NCBI GenBank assembly: GCA_963742735.1
Contig: CAVUMN010000003.1
Location: 160,001 to 224,000 of the forward strand
Direction: 5' to 3'
DNA: 64,000 nt
From: an uncultured Actinomycetes bacterium
GTDB lineage: Bacteria; Actinomycetota; UBA4738; JBBDTT01
Shown here: piece by piece, positions 1 to 8,569 of the stretch
Position numbering within the stretch: the stretch's first letter is position 1
How the letters are laid out: each line of letters opens with the position of its first letter
Translations under genes and position numbers: made by a program
Notes under the pieces: model-generated
What the model saw: only the letters and a program-made list of their open reading frames with translations
Told to the model about the DNA's origin: nothing
Databases searched by the model: none

Positions 1-247
1 CGCCGTGCTTCTTGACCTGGTCCACCACGCTCAGCAGGCGCTCGGCGCGCTCGCGGCCCTTCATCCGGGGCCACGGTCCCTCGTCGAAGGCGTGCCGGGC
101 GATCTCGAGCGCGCGCTGGACGTCCTCGGCCCCGGCCTTGGGGACGGTGGCGAACACCTCGCCGGTCGAGGGGTCGGTCGTCTCGAAGGTCTCTCCGGAT
201 GCGGCATCGGTCAGGTCGCCGCCGATCACCAGCTTGTAGTCAGGCAT
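1..247 (-). CDS. Aldehyde dehydrogenase family protein, N-terminal part (runs off window start)
   Basis: Manual translation MPDYKLVIGGDLTDAASGETFETTDPSTGEVFATVPKAGAEDVQRALEIARHAFDEGPWPRM is a typical ALDH N-terminus; GAGGAGG RBS upstream. Confidence 0.9.
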   Translation of the reverse strand, partial: MPDYKLVIGGDLTDAASGETFETTDPSTGEVFATVPKAGAEDVQRALEIARHAFDEGPWPRMKGRERAERLLSVVDQVKKHG

Positions 248-294
248 GGCCTCGAACCTCCTCGTTCGTGGATTCTCATCGTATCGTCCGCGCG

Positions 295-762
295 ATGGGC
301 GCCGACGGCTGGACGCAGGTCCCCGACGTCGCCGGGATCGGGCTGCTGTGGGTCTGCCCCCGGTGCGGGAAGAAGTTCGTCCAGCGCAACTCCTCGCATT
401 CGTGCGGACCGCACACGATCGAGGCGTTCCTGGAAGGCAAGGGGCCGCGGGCGATGGGGCTGTGGGAGCGCTTCGCGGAGATCGTGCGGGGCTTTGGGCC
501 GGTCGAGGCCGTCGCCAACAGGATGAACATCGGGTTCATGGTCCGGGCCCGGTTCGCGGGCGTGTTCTCGCTCAGTGAGCGCGGGATGAGCGTCCACTTC
601 TGGCTGAAGCGTCGCGTGGACAGCCCGCGGTTCGCGAGGCGGGAGTACCTGCTGCATCGGGACTGGATCTACCGGGTGCGGGTGACCGATCCGAGCGAGC
701 TCGACGACGAGCTCATCGGCTGGCTGCGCGAGGCGTACCAGGTCGGCGCCCAGCGGGCGTAG
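295..762 (+). CDS. DUF5655-like protein with N-terminal zinc-finger motif
   Basis: WVCPRCGKKF..HSC motif; C-terminal ELDDELIGWLREAY typical of DUF5655; start uncertain. Confidence 0.7.
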   Translation: MGADGWTQVPDVAGIGLLWVCPRCGKKFVQRNSSHSCGPHTIEAFLEGKGPRAMGLWERFAEIVRGFGPVEAVANRMNIGFMVRARFAGVFSLSERGMSVHFWLKRRVDSPRFARREYLLHRDWIYRVRVTDPSELDDELIGWLREAYQVGAQRA

Positions 763-775
763 GGGGAGAGGTAAC

Positions 776-1501
776 GTGGCGGAGCGCGGGATCGACGGGT
801 TGGGGACCATCCTCGGGGTCTGGGCGCACCCGGACGATGAGACGTACCTGACCGCGGGGCTGATGGCGAACGCGGTTCGCCTGGGCCAGCGCGTGGTGTG
901 CGTCACGGCGACCCGGGGCGAGGAGGGCTCCTGGGACGAGGAGCGATGGCCGGCGTCGGAGCTCGGAGCGATCCGGCAGGCCGAGCTCGAGCGCGGCCTC
1001 GCGATCCTCGGCGTGACCGAGCACCACTGGCTCGACTATCACGACGGGAAGGTCGACGAGGTCCCGCAGGACGAGGGCGTCGCCCGGGTCGAGGGGTTCA
1101 TGCGCGACGTCGTGCCCGACACGGTGTTCACCTTCGGGCCCGAGGGCATGACCGATCACCCCGACCACAAGGCCGTCCACCGGTGGACGGCGGAGGCGTT
1201 CGAGCGCGCGGCAAAGCCCGGAGCGCGGCTGCTCCACGCGACGACGACGCCCGACTGGGTCGAGCGATGGAAGCCGAAGCTCGACAGGTTCAACGTCTTC
1301 TACTCGCCCGACACGCCGCCCATCACCGCACGAGAGGACCTGGCGGTCGAGTTCGACCTCCCGCCGGACCTGCTCGACCTCAAGGAGCGAGCGATCAAGG
1401 AGCACGTCAGCCAGGTCGAGGGCTTCGCCAACGCCTTCGGCCCTGACTTCCTCCGCGACTCGAACGTCACCGAAGCCTTCGTCCTGGCGCGGACGAGGTA
1501 G
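776..1501 (+). CDS. PIG-L family deacetylase (MshB/Mca-like)
   Basis: AHPDDE, ATRGEEG, R-x-x-EL and DHPDH motifs. Confidence 0.9.
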   Translation: MAERGIDGLGTILGVWAHPDDETYLTAGLMANAVRLGQRVVCVTATRGEEGSWDEERWPASELGAIRQAELERGLAILGVTEHHWLDYHDGKVDEVPQDEGVARVEGFMRDVVPDTVFTFGPEGMTDHPDHKAVHRWTAEAFERAAKPGARLLHATTTPDWVERWKPKLDRFNVFYSPDTPPITAREDLAVEFDLPPDLLDLKERAIKEHVSQVEGFANAFGPDFLRDSNVTEAFVLARTR

Positions 1502-1510
1502 CGCCCTCGC

Positions 1511-1858
1511 TCAGCCGGCCTTCCAGTCGCACCAGGCCTTGATGGCCTTCTCGAGCTGGGCCTTCTTCTTCTCCACGTCGTCCAGGTCGACAAAGCGGGC
1601 TGTCCGGGCGAGCTTGCCGTCACCCTCCAGGAGCGGATGCTTCCCTGGGATCTCCGCGCCGCGGTGGAACAGCAGGCTGACCAGGTTCTTCGCCGGGTTG
1701 AAGCTGAAGATGTTTCCGTTGAACGAGTAGGTGGGCGTCTGCCACTTGATCGACTCCTCGACCCGAGGGTCCGCGGCGAGCGCGATCTCCCGCACCCGCT
1801 GCATGGCCGCCTCCATCGGTGGTTTCCGTTCCGCGAACCAGGCGTCGACGTCGTTCAC
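1511..1858 (-). CDS. DUF1801 (YdhG-like) domain protein
   Basis: VREIALAADPRVEESIKWQTPTY...LLFHRGA...LLEGDGK..R; GTG start overlaps upstream stop. Confidence 0.8.
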   Translation of the reverse strand: MNDVDAWFAERKPPMEAAMQRVREIALAADPRVEESIKWQTPTYSFNGNIFSFNPAKNLVSLLFHRGAEIPGKHPLLEGDGKLARTARFVDLDDVEKKKAQLEKAIKAWCDWKAG

Positions 1859-2202
1859 TTCGGGAGCGCGGCCACGTATCCGTACGCCGCCCTGGCGAGC
1901 TCGGACCAGCGTTTGGACTGGGCGACGGGGATGGCGACCCACTCCTTCATCGGACGGTTCTGGCCGCTGGGGTCGAACAGGTGGGCGCCCTTGATCGCCA
2001 TCGCCTCGCCGTGGGCGGGAACGCCGAGCTTGAAGACGAGCTCCTTGCCCCACAGGCCGACGAACATCTTGCCGTTCGCCTTGAGAGAGGGCATGCCCAT
2101 CATCTTCGTCCGCTGCGTGGGCGTGCTCGCGGCCAGCTCGTCCGCGATCGCCTCGTACGCCTTCAGCGCCCTCGGGTCCGGCGCCGGCATCTCCATCGGC
2201 AT
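1855..2202 (-). CDS. TfoX-N-like small protein
   Basis: KMMGMPSLKANGKMFVG...FDPSGQNRPMKEWV; TAGGCT -10 box 6 nt upstream of ATG. Confidence 0.65.
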   Translation of the reverse strand: MPMEMPAPDPRALKAYEAIADELAASTPTQRTKMMGMPSLKANGKMFVGLWGKELVFKLGVPAHGEAMAIKGAHLFDPSGQNRPMKEWVAIPVAQSKRWSELARAAYGYVAALPK

Positions 2203-2256
2203 GGAGGAAGCCTACCGCCGCCCGCGAGTACGATTGACCGTGGAAGGAGGTCGACG

Positions 2257-3171
2257 ATGACCTACGCGGAGCGGACGGCGGAGTTCAAGGCGCGCATCGA
2301 CGCCGGCGAGAAGATCGAGGCCGGCGACTGGATGCCGGACCAGTACCGGCAGGCGGCGTTGAAGTTCATCGAGATGCACGCGAACTCCGAGGTCATGGGG
2401 GCCCTCCCCGAGCGCGAGTGGATCCCGCGGGCCCCGTCGCTGCGCCGCAAGCTCTCCTTGACCGCCAAGGTCCAGGACGAGGTGGGACACGGGCAGATCC
2501 TGTACCGCGTCGCCGAGGACCTCGGCAAGAGTCGCGAGGCGATGTTCGGCGACCTGGTCAACGGCCGGACCAAGTTCCACAACGTCTTCCACTACCCGAC
2601 CGAGACGTGGGGCGACGTCGCCGTCATCGGCTGGCTCATCGACGGCGCCGCGCTCGTGACGCAGAAGGCCCTGCTGGACGCGAGCTACGCGCCGTACGTC
2701 CGGGCGATGCGCCGCATCTGTCCCGAGGAGTCCCTGCACCTGCGCCACGGCGAGGACCTCACCCTGGAGCTGTGCAGCGGCAGCGACGCGCAGCGCGCGA
2801 TGTTCCAGGACGCCGTGAACCGGTGGTGGCGGCCGATCATGCACTTCTACGGCCCCCCCTCGAACCCGGAGAAGGACGTCCTCCTGTACTGGGGGATCAA
2901 GACCAAGACCAACGAGGCGCTGCGCCAGGAGTTCTTCTCGACGTACGTCCCGAAGCTGTGGGACCTCGGGATCTCGGTCCCGGACGACAAGCTCGCCTGG
3001 AACGGGACGGTGGGTGAGTGGGACTGGTCGGACCCGGGCTGGGACGACTTCTGGGAGGTCGTGCGAGGGCGCGGGCCGATGACCTCCGTCCGCCTGCTGT
3101 ATCGCAAGTCCATGTGGGACACCCACGCCTGGGTGCGCGAGGCGTTCGCCGGCCTGCCCCGCGTGGCCTGA
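2257..3171 (+). CDS. paaA: 1,2-phenylacetyl-CoA epoxidase subunit A
   Basis: KIEAGDWMPDQYR, HANSEVMG, AKVQDEVGHG and ICPEESLH diiron ExxH motifs; AAGGAGG RBS. Confidence 0.95.
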   Translation: MTYAERTAEFKARIDAGEKIEAGDWMPDQYRQAALKFIEMHANSEVMGALPEREWIPRAPSLRRKLSLTAKVQDEVGHGQILYRVAEDLGKSREAMFGDLVNGRTKFHNVFHYPTETWGDVAVIGWLIDGAALVTQKALLDASYAPYVRAMRRICPEESLHLRHGEDLTLELCSGSDAQRAMFQDAVNRWWRPIMHFYGPPSNPEKDVLLYWGIKTKTNEALRQEFFSTYVPKLWDLGISVPDDKLAWNGTVGEWDWSDPGWDDFWEVVRGRGPMTSVRLLYRKSMWDTHAWVREAFAGLPRVA

Positions 3172-3178
3172 CCGCCGC

Positions 3179-3529
3179 GTGGACGTCTGGGACGTGCTCC
3201 AGCAGCGCGTGGACGGGGAGGAGCTCACGCTGGCGGGCTCGATCAACGCGCCGTCGCTCGACGTCGCTCTGATGCTCGCTCGCGAGACCCATTTCCGCCA
3301 CGGTGAGGGCGTGAACTTCGCCGTCCGCCGTCGCGGTGAGGACGAGGTGCACGTATGCGCCGACCCGACCGCGCTCGGCGGCGTGATCGACCGGTCGTAC
3401 CGCCGCCAGGACGGCTACGTCGGGGTGGGCGCCAAGCTCCGGCGCGTCCGTGAGCAGCTGGCCGGCCGCGGCCTGGTCATCGAGGGCCACCGTCCTCCGG
3501 CCCACGCCCACGCACAGGCCGATGGCTGA
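3179..3529 (+). CDS. paaB: 1,2-phenylacetyl-CoA epoxidase subunit B (divergent)
   Basis: WDV...AGSINAPSLDVALMLARETHFRHGEG and DRSYR match the PaaB pattern; lies between paaA and paaC. Confidence 0.75.
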   Translation: MDVWDVLQQRVDGEELTLAGSINAPSLDVALMLARETHFRHGEGVNFAVRRRGEDEVHVCADPTALGGVIDRSYRRQDGYVGVGAKLRRVREQLAGRGLVIEGHRPPAHAHAQADG

Positions 3530-4397
3530 GGATCCCCGCCGGACGCTGCTGCTGGCGCTCGCCGACGACGAGCTCGTCATCGGCCACCGTCACTCGGAGT
3601 GGACCGGATGGGCCCCCCACATCGAGGAGGACTTGGCCTTCTCCTCGATCGCCCAGGACGAGATCGCCCACGCGCGCCTGCTGTACGAGCTCGCGGCGGA
3701 GCTCGACGGCGACACCGGCGGCGTGGACGCCCTGGCCCTGGGCCGGCCGGCGGCCGGCTACCGGCACGCCGTGCTCTGCGAACGGCCCAACGGCGGCTGG
3801 GGCCGCACGATCGCCCGCCAGTACCTGTACGACACCGCGGACGCGGTGCGGCTCGGCGCCCTGGCCGGGTCGAGCTGGAAGGACCTTGCCGACCGAGTCC
3901 GGCTCATGCAGCTCGAGGAGCGCTACCACCTGGACCATGCGGGGACGTGGTTCGAGCGGCTCGCCAACGGCCCGGTGGAAGCCCGCCAGCACTATGCCGA
4001 CGGGCTCGCGTCGACGGTCGGAGAGGCGATGGCGCTGTTCGAACCGGTCCCCGGCGAGGAGGAGCTGGTCTCCGAGGGGGTCCTTCCCCGTTCGAACGAA
4101 CAGCTGCTGGCCGAGTGGCTGGAGGGCCTCGGCACCGCGCTGGAGGCGGTCGGCCTGGACTGGGTCCTGTCGGACACCGGCGGCGAAGCCGGCGAGATGG
4201 TCCCGACGTCCTCCGGAGAGGTCGAGGCGGCCCCCACGATCACCGTTCCGGGGCTCGTACGGCGCGACGGAACCTGGGCTCACGAGGGCGGCTTCGCCGG
4301 CGAGGGAGGACGGCTTGGCCGGCACACCGAGGACTTCGTGGCACTCTGGGACGAGATGACCGCCCTGTATCGCGCCCATCCCGGAGCGTCGTGGTGA
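3522..4397 (+). CDS. paaC: 1,2-phenylacetyl-CoA epoxidase subunit C
   Basis: LADDELVIGHRHSEWTGWAPHIEEDLAFSSIAQDEIAHAR, EERYH, GRHTEDF, C-terminal HPGASW. Confidence 0.95.
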   Translation: MAEDPRRTLLLALADDELVIGHRHSEWTGWAPHIEEDLAFSSIAQDEIAHARLLYELAAELDGDTGGVDALALGRPAAGYRHAVLCERPNGGWGRTIARQYLYDTADAVRLGALAGSSWKDLADRVRLMQLEERYHLDHAGTWFERLANGPVEARQHYADGLASTVGEAMALFEPVPGEEELVSEGVLPRSNEQLLAEWLEGLGTALEAVGLDWVLSDTGGEAGEMVPTSSGEVEAAPTITVPGLVRRDGTWAHEGGFAGEGGRLGRHTEDFVALWDEMTALYRAHPGASW

Positions 4398-4915
4398 ACC
4401 GGCTGCAGGCGCTCACCCTCGAGACCGAGGTCCGCGACCGGCTCACCCACGTCATGGACCCGGAGATCCCGACGTGTTCGATCCAGGACCTCGGGCTGGT
4501 CGAGCGGATCGAAGTCACCGACGACGCCATCGAGGTCGACCTGCTGCCCACCTTCGCCGGCTGCCCCGCATTGGACGTGATCGAGCGCGACGTCCGCGCC
4601 GCCGTGGAGGAGCTCGCCGAGGGCCGCGAGACGCGCGTGAAGTTCGTGTACGACCCGCCGTGGACGACCGACCGGATCAGCGCCGCCGGCGAGCGGTATC
4701 TGCGCGCCTACGGGATCTCGCCCGCGCCGCACGGCCACGGCGGCCCGGTGGTGATCTCCATCGCCGACGTCCGCTCGCGCGTGGTGCTGTGCCCGTTCTG
4801 CGGCTCCGAGGACACCAACGTCGAGAGCGCGTTCGGGCCGACCCCGTGCCGGACCACGCACTTCTGTCGGTCGTGCCGCAACCCGTTCGAGGGTTTCAAG
4901 CCGAAAACCCGATGA
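4394..4915 (+). CDS. paaD: 1,2-phenylacetyl-CoA epoxidase subunit D (DUF59 plus Zn ribbon)
   Basis: VMDPEIP, PTFAGCPA, PPWTTDRI, CPFCGS...FGPTPC...CRSCRNPFEGFK. Confidence 0.93.
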   Translation: MNRLQALTLETEVRDRLTHVMDPEIPTCSIQDLGLVERIEVTDDAIEVDLLPTFAGCPALDVIERDVRAAVEELAEGRETRVKFVYDPPWTTDRISAAGERYLRAYGISPAPHGHGGPVVISIADVRSRVVLCPFCGSEDTNVESAFGPTPCRTTHFCRSCRNPFEGFKPKTR

Positions 4916-6006
4916 TCTCGCTGCGCGAGGTCACGAAGGTGTTCCCGGGCGCGACCGAGCCGGCCGTCAACGCGCTTTCCCTGGAGATCGGCGAGGGCGA
5001 GACCGTCGTCCTGGTCGGGCCGTCGGGATGCGGCAAGACCACGACGATGAAGATGATCAACCGGCTGATCGAGCCGACCTCGGGCGAGATCTGGGTCGGC
5101 GACGTCAACGTGATGGAGCAGGACCCCGCGAAGCTGCGCCGCGGGATCGGCTACGTCATCCAGACGATCGGGCTGATGCCCCACCGCACGGTGGCGCAGA
5201 ACATCGCGATCGTCCCCAAGCTGCTCGACTGGGAGGACGGGCGCATCGAGGGTCGCGTCGACGAGCTGCTGGAGATCTTCCATCTGGACCCTGCGCTCAA
5301 GCATCGGTATCCGGCCGAGCTCTCCGGGGGGCAGCGCCAGCGCGTGGGCGTGGCACGGGCACTGGCCGGCGACCCGCCAGTGATGCTGATGGACGAGCCC
5401 TTCGCCGCGGTCGACCCGATCGTTCGGGGCAGGCTCCAGGAGCAGTTCCTCGAGATTCAGGACCGTCTGCGCAAGACGATCGTGTTCGTCACCCACGACA
5501 TCGACGAGGCCATCAAGATGGCCGACCGGATCGCGATCCTGAACGTCGGCGGGATCCTCGAGCAGTTCGACACGCCCGAGGTCATCCTGCGCTCGCCTGC
5601 CAACGAGTTCGTGGAGCAGTTCGTCGGTGCCGAGCGCGGCCTGAAACGCCTGGCGCTGATCCCGGTCTCGGCCATCGAGGTCGAGCAGGGCCCCGTCGTG
5701 TCGCCGGACGCGACCGCGGCCGAGGCGCGCAAGGTCATCAAGGAGCTCGGGATGGGCTGGACGAGCGTGGTCGCCGACGGCGAGCTCCTCGGCTGGATCG
5801 ACGAGGAGTCGCTGAAAGGAAAATCGACCGCGGTCGAGGCCGGGCCCCGCAGGTTTAGCGCGTACGTGACCGAGCGCGACTCGCTCCGTCAGGCCCTGGA
5901 CTCGATCGTCACCTCGCAGACGAACGTCGCGGTCGTCGTCACCGAGGGTCAGCACTACAAGGGCATCCTCACCCTCGAGCGGGTCTCGCAGGAGATCGTG
6001 TCGTGA
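4912..6006 (+). CDS. Osmoprotectant-type ABC transporter ATP-binding subunit (OpuCA/OsmV-like) with C-terminal CBS-like region
   Basis: Walker A GPSGCGKTT, LSGGQRQR, LLMDEPF, FVTHD; ATGA overlap with paaD. Confidence 0.92.
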   Translation: MISLREVTKVFPGATEPAVNALSLEIGEGETVVLVGPSGCGKTTTMKMINRLIEPTSGEIWVGDVNVMEQDPAKLRRGIGYVIQTIGLMPHRTVAQNIAIVPKLLDWEDGRIEGRVDELLEIFHLDPALKHRYPAELSGGQRQRVGVARALAGDPPVMLMDEPFAAVDPIVRGRLQEQFLEIQDRLRKTIVFVTHDIDEAIKMADRIAILNVGGILEQFDTPEVILRSPANEFVEQFVGAERGLKRLALIPVSAIEVEQGPVVSPDATAAEARKVIKELGMGWTSVVADGELLGWIDEESLKGKSTAVEAGPRRFSAYVTERDSLRQALDSIVTSQTNVAVVVTEGQHYKGILTLERVSQEIVS

Positions 6007-6707
6007 ACGGCCAGCCGTTCATCCGCTGGGACTGGATCTGGGATCACCTCGACGACATCGGGACGCAGCTCGTCGAGCATCTCTACCTGACGGGGATCGC
6101 GGTGGGGGTCGGGCTCGCCATCGCCCTGCCCCTCGGCGTCTTCGCCTACCGGCACCGGTGGGCGTATCCGCCGCTCACCTGGTTCACGGGGATCCTGTAC
6201 ACGATCCCGAGCCTGGCCCTGTTCGTGCTCCTCATCCCGTTCACCGGCCTGTCCACGCTGACCGCCGAGATCGGGCTGGTCAGCTACACCCTGCTCATCC
6301 TGATCCGCAACATCGTCGCCGGGCTGCGCTCCGTCCCGGAGGACGCAAAGGAGGCCGCACTCGGCATGGGCTACACCCACCGGCAGCTGCTGTGGAAGGT
6401 CGAGCTTCCCCTCGCCCTGCCGGTGATCGTCGCCGGCATCCGCATCGCCACCGTGACGACGATCGGCCTGGTCACGGTCACCTCGCTGATCGGGCTGGGG
6501 GGCCTCGGCACGTTCATCCTCCAGGGGCGCCGTCGCGCCTTCTTCACCATGACCTTCGTCGGCTCGGTGCTCTCGGTCGTCCTGGCGCTCGCGGCCGACG
6601 CGCTGCTGATCCTGATCCAGCGGAGGCTCACGCCTTGGGTGCGCAAGCGCCGCGTCGTCCAGCCCGTGGGCGTCGAACCGAGGGTTGGCTGGACGGTGGC
6701 GGGTTGA
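6003..6707 (+). CDS. Osmoprotectant ABC transporter permease
   Basis: YTIPSLALF, EAALGMG EAA loop, VELPLALPVIVAGIRIA. Confidence 0.92.
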   Translation: MNGQPFIRWDWIWDHLDDIGTQLVEHLYLTGIAVGVGLAIALPLGVFAYRHRWAYPPLTWFTGILYTIPSLALFVLLIPFTGLSTLTAEIGLVSYTLLILIRNIVAGLRSVPEDAKEAALGMGYTHRQLLWKVELPLALPVIVAGIRIATVTTIGLVTVTSLIGLGGLGTFILQGRRRAFFTMTFVGSVLSVVLALAADALLILIQRRLTPWVRKRRVVQPVGVEPRVGWTVAG

Positions 6708-7456
6708 ACGAGCCGGGTCTGTGGCAGGAGCTGACCACCTGGCTCTTCGACCCCGTCCACTGGCAAGGACCCGAGGGGATCCCTACGCGCATCCTCGAGC
6801 ACGTGCAGATCTCGGTCACGGCACTTGTGATCGCCGTCGCGATCGGACTTCCCTTGGGCCTCTACGTGGGCCACACGCGCCGCGGGGAGTTCGTCGCGGT
6901 CGGCGTGGCGAACCTCGGGCGCGCGATCCCGTCGCTGGCGATCCTGGCCATCGCGTACCAGGTGATCCTTGAGATCCGTCCACAGAGCGCGTTCGGATTC
7001 CTTCCAACGGTGATCGCGATGGTCCTTCTCGGCGTGCCCCCGATCCTCACCAATACCTATGTGGGTGTCCAGGCGGTCGATCCCGACACGCTCGAGTCGG
7101 CGAAGGGGATGGGGCTCACCCCACGACAGGTGCTCACGCGCCTCGAGATGCGGTTGGCCATGCCGCTGATCATGGGAGGCATCCGCACGGCGGCCGTCCA
7201 GATCGTGGCGACGGCGACCCTGGCCGCGGTCATCGCGGGTGGCGGTCTCGGCCGATTCATCGTCGACGGCTTTGCCGGCCAGGATTACGACGAGATGATC
7301 GGTGGCGTCATCTTCGTGGTCGCGCTGGCCATCACAACCGAGGGGCTCTTTGCAGGGATCGAACGCCTGGCGACGCCGCGAACGAGCTCACGGGGGCGGC
7401 GCCGGACGCCCTCGATCCGGCCCGATCTCGAACCCGTTCGACGCCCCGCCACGTAA
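6704..7456 (+). CDS. Osmoprotectant ABC transporter permease
   Basis: ANLGRAIPSLA, PPILTNTYVG, ESAKGMG, GGGLGRFI; TTG start overlaps upstream stop. Confidence 0.9.
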   Translation: MNEPGLWQELTTWLFDPVHWQGPEGIPTRILEHVQISVTALVIAVAIGLPLGLYVGHTRRGEFVAVGVANLGRAIPSLAILAIAYQVILEIRPQSAFGFLPTVIAMVLLGVPPILTNTYVGVQAVDPDTLESAKGMGLTPRQVLTRLEMRLAMPLIMGGIRTAAVQIVATATLAAVIAGGGLGRFIVDGFAGQDYDEMIGGVIFVVALAITTEGLFAGIERLATPRTSSRGRRRTPSIRPDLEPVRRPAT

Positions 7457-7578
7457 CACTCGGCGAGGGATCTGAGCTGCATTGCCGGAAACGCCCGTTT
7501 CCAGGTTGGCCTGCTAGGGTGCTGACCAGCCCATTCTCACGGGGTTGGCAGCCCCACGACCAGGATCGGAGGAGACCC

Positions 7579-8514
7579 ATGCGGCACCACCGCAAGCTCG
7601 TCCTCGGGGCGAGTCTCCTCGCATTCGCGCTGTTCAGCGCGGCGTGCGGAGACGACTCGGGTGGGGGCGGCACACCGACCACCACGGCAGATATCGAGCG
7701 CGGCACGGTCGTCGTCGGCGTGTCCGGCGCGTTCGCGGAGAGCCAGGTCGTCGCCGAGATGTACGCGCAGGTCCTCGAGGACGCCGGCTACACCGTCGAG
7801 CGCCAGCTGGATCTGGACAGCCGCGCCGTCGGTGACCAGGCGCTGGCAAGCGGTGACATAGACGTGAAGCCCGAGTACGTCGCGTTCGAGCTGACGGCGC
7901 TCGACGAGGACGCCGACAATCAGGGCACGGTCGAGGACGTCTACCCGCGCATGCAGGCCGCCGCCGAGGCCAAAGGCCTCACGGCGCTGGCCTACTCGCC
8001 GGCGAACAGCACAAACGCCTTCGTGATGCTCCCGGACCGGGCGACGGAGCTCAGCGTGGCCTCGCTGACCGACCTGGCGGAGCCTTCCGGTGACCTCGTG
8101 CTGGCCGCGCCGCCCGACTGCGACGAGAACTACCCCTGCCAGCAGGGTCTGAAGGAGGTCTACGGGATCGAGTTCAAGGAGATCAAGAAGCTCGACTTCG
8201 GCGGACCCGACACCGTGGCCGCGGTCGACAGCGGCCAGGCCGATGTGGGGATCCTGTTCACCCTCGACCCGACGATCACCCAGAAGGGCTACACGGTCCT
8301 GGAGGACGACGAGAATCTCCAGCCCGCGGGGAACTTCTTCGCCCTGGCGCGAACGGAGATCCTGAACGGGGAGATCGAGGAGCTGTTGAACTCCGTGACC
8401 ACGTCGCTTACCACCGAGGAGATGCTCGAGCTCGTCGGCCGGGTACAGGTCGACCAGGAGGACGTGGCGGACGTCGCCACCGACTACCTGGACGGGAAGG
8501 GCCTGCTGGGCTAG
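7579..8514 (+). CDS. Glycine betaine/osmoprotectant ABC substrate-binding lipoprotein (OpuAC family)
   Basis: Lipobox FSAAC; FAESQVVAEMYAQVLE, KPEY, GLKEVYG, LEDD; GGAGG RBS. Confidence 0.9.
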   Translation: MRHHRKLVLGASLLAFALFSAACGDDSGGGGTPTTTADIERGTVVVGVSGAFAESQVVAEMYAQVLEDAGYTVERQLDLDSRAVGDQALASGDIDVKPEYVAFELTALDEDADNQGTVEDVYPRMQAAAEAKGLTALAYSPANSTNAFVMLPDRATELSVASLTDLAEPSGDLVLAAPPDCDENYPCQQGLKEVYGIEFKEIKKLDFGGPDTVAAVDSGQADVGILFTLDPTITQKGYTVLEDDENLQPAGNFFALARTEILNGEIEELLNSVTTSLTTEEMLELVGRVQVDQEDVADVATDYLDGKGLLG

Positions 8515-8534
8515 TCGCCGGCAGGGAGGGAAGC

Positions 8535-8565
8535 AAAGGGCCCGCCCCTACGGGGCGGGCCCTTT
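8535..8565. terminator. Bidirectional intrinsic terminator
   Basis: Perfect 14-bp stem AAAGGGCCCGCCCC-TAC-GGGGCGGGCCCTTT between convergent genes. Confidence 0.85.
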
Positions 8566-8569
8566 CGCG

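Noticed and set aside
252-269. TCGAAC-N6-GTTCG, plus GAAC/GTTC pairs near 18288 and 49818, as LexA boxes
   Set aside because: Spacers of 6, 1 and 0 nt do not fit the GAAC-N4-GTTC SOS box
7481-7496. ATTGCCGGAA shared with the minus strand near 37786-37795 as a common ECF promoter
   Set aside because: No matching -10 element at a consistent spacing; a 10-mer match could be chance
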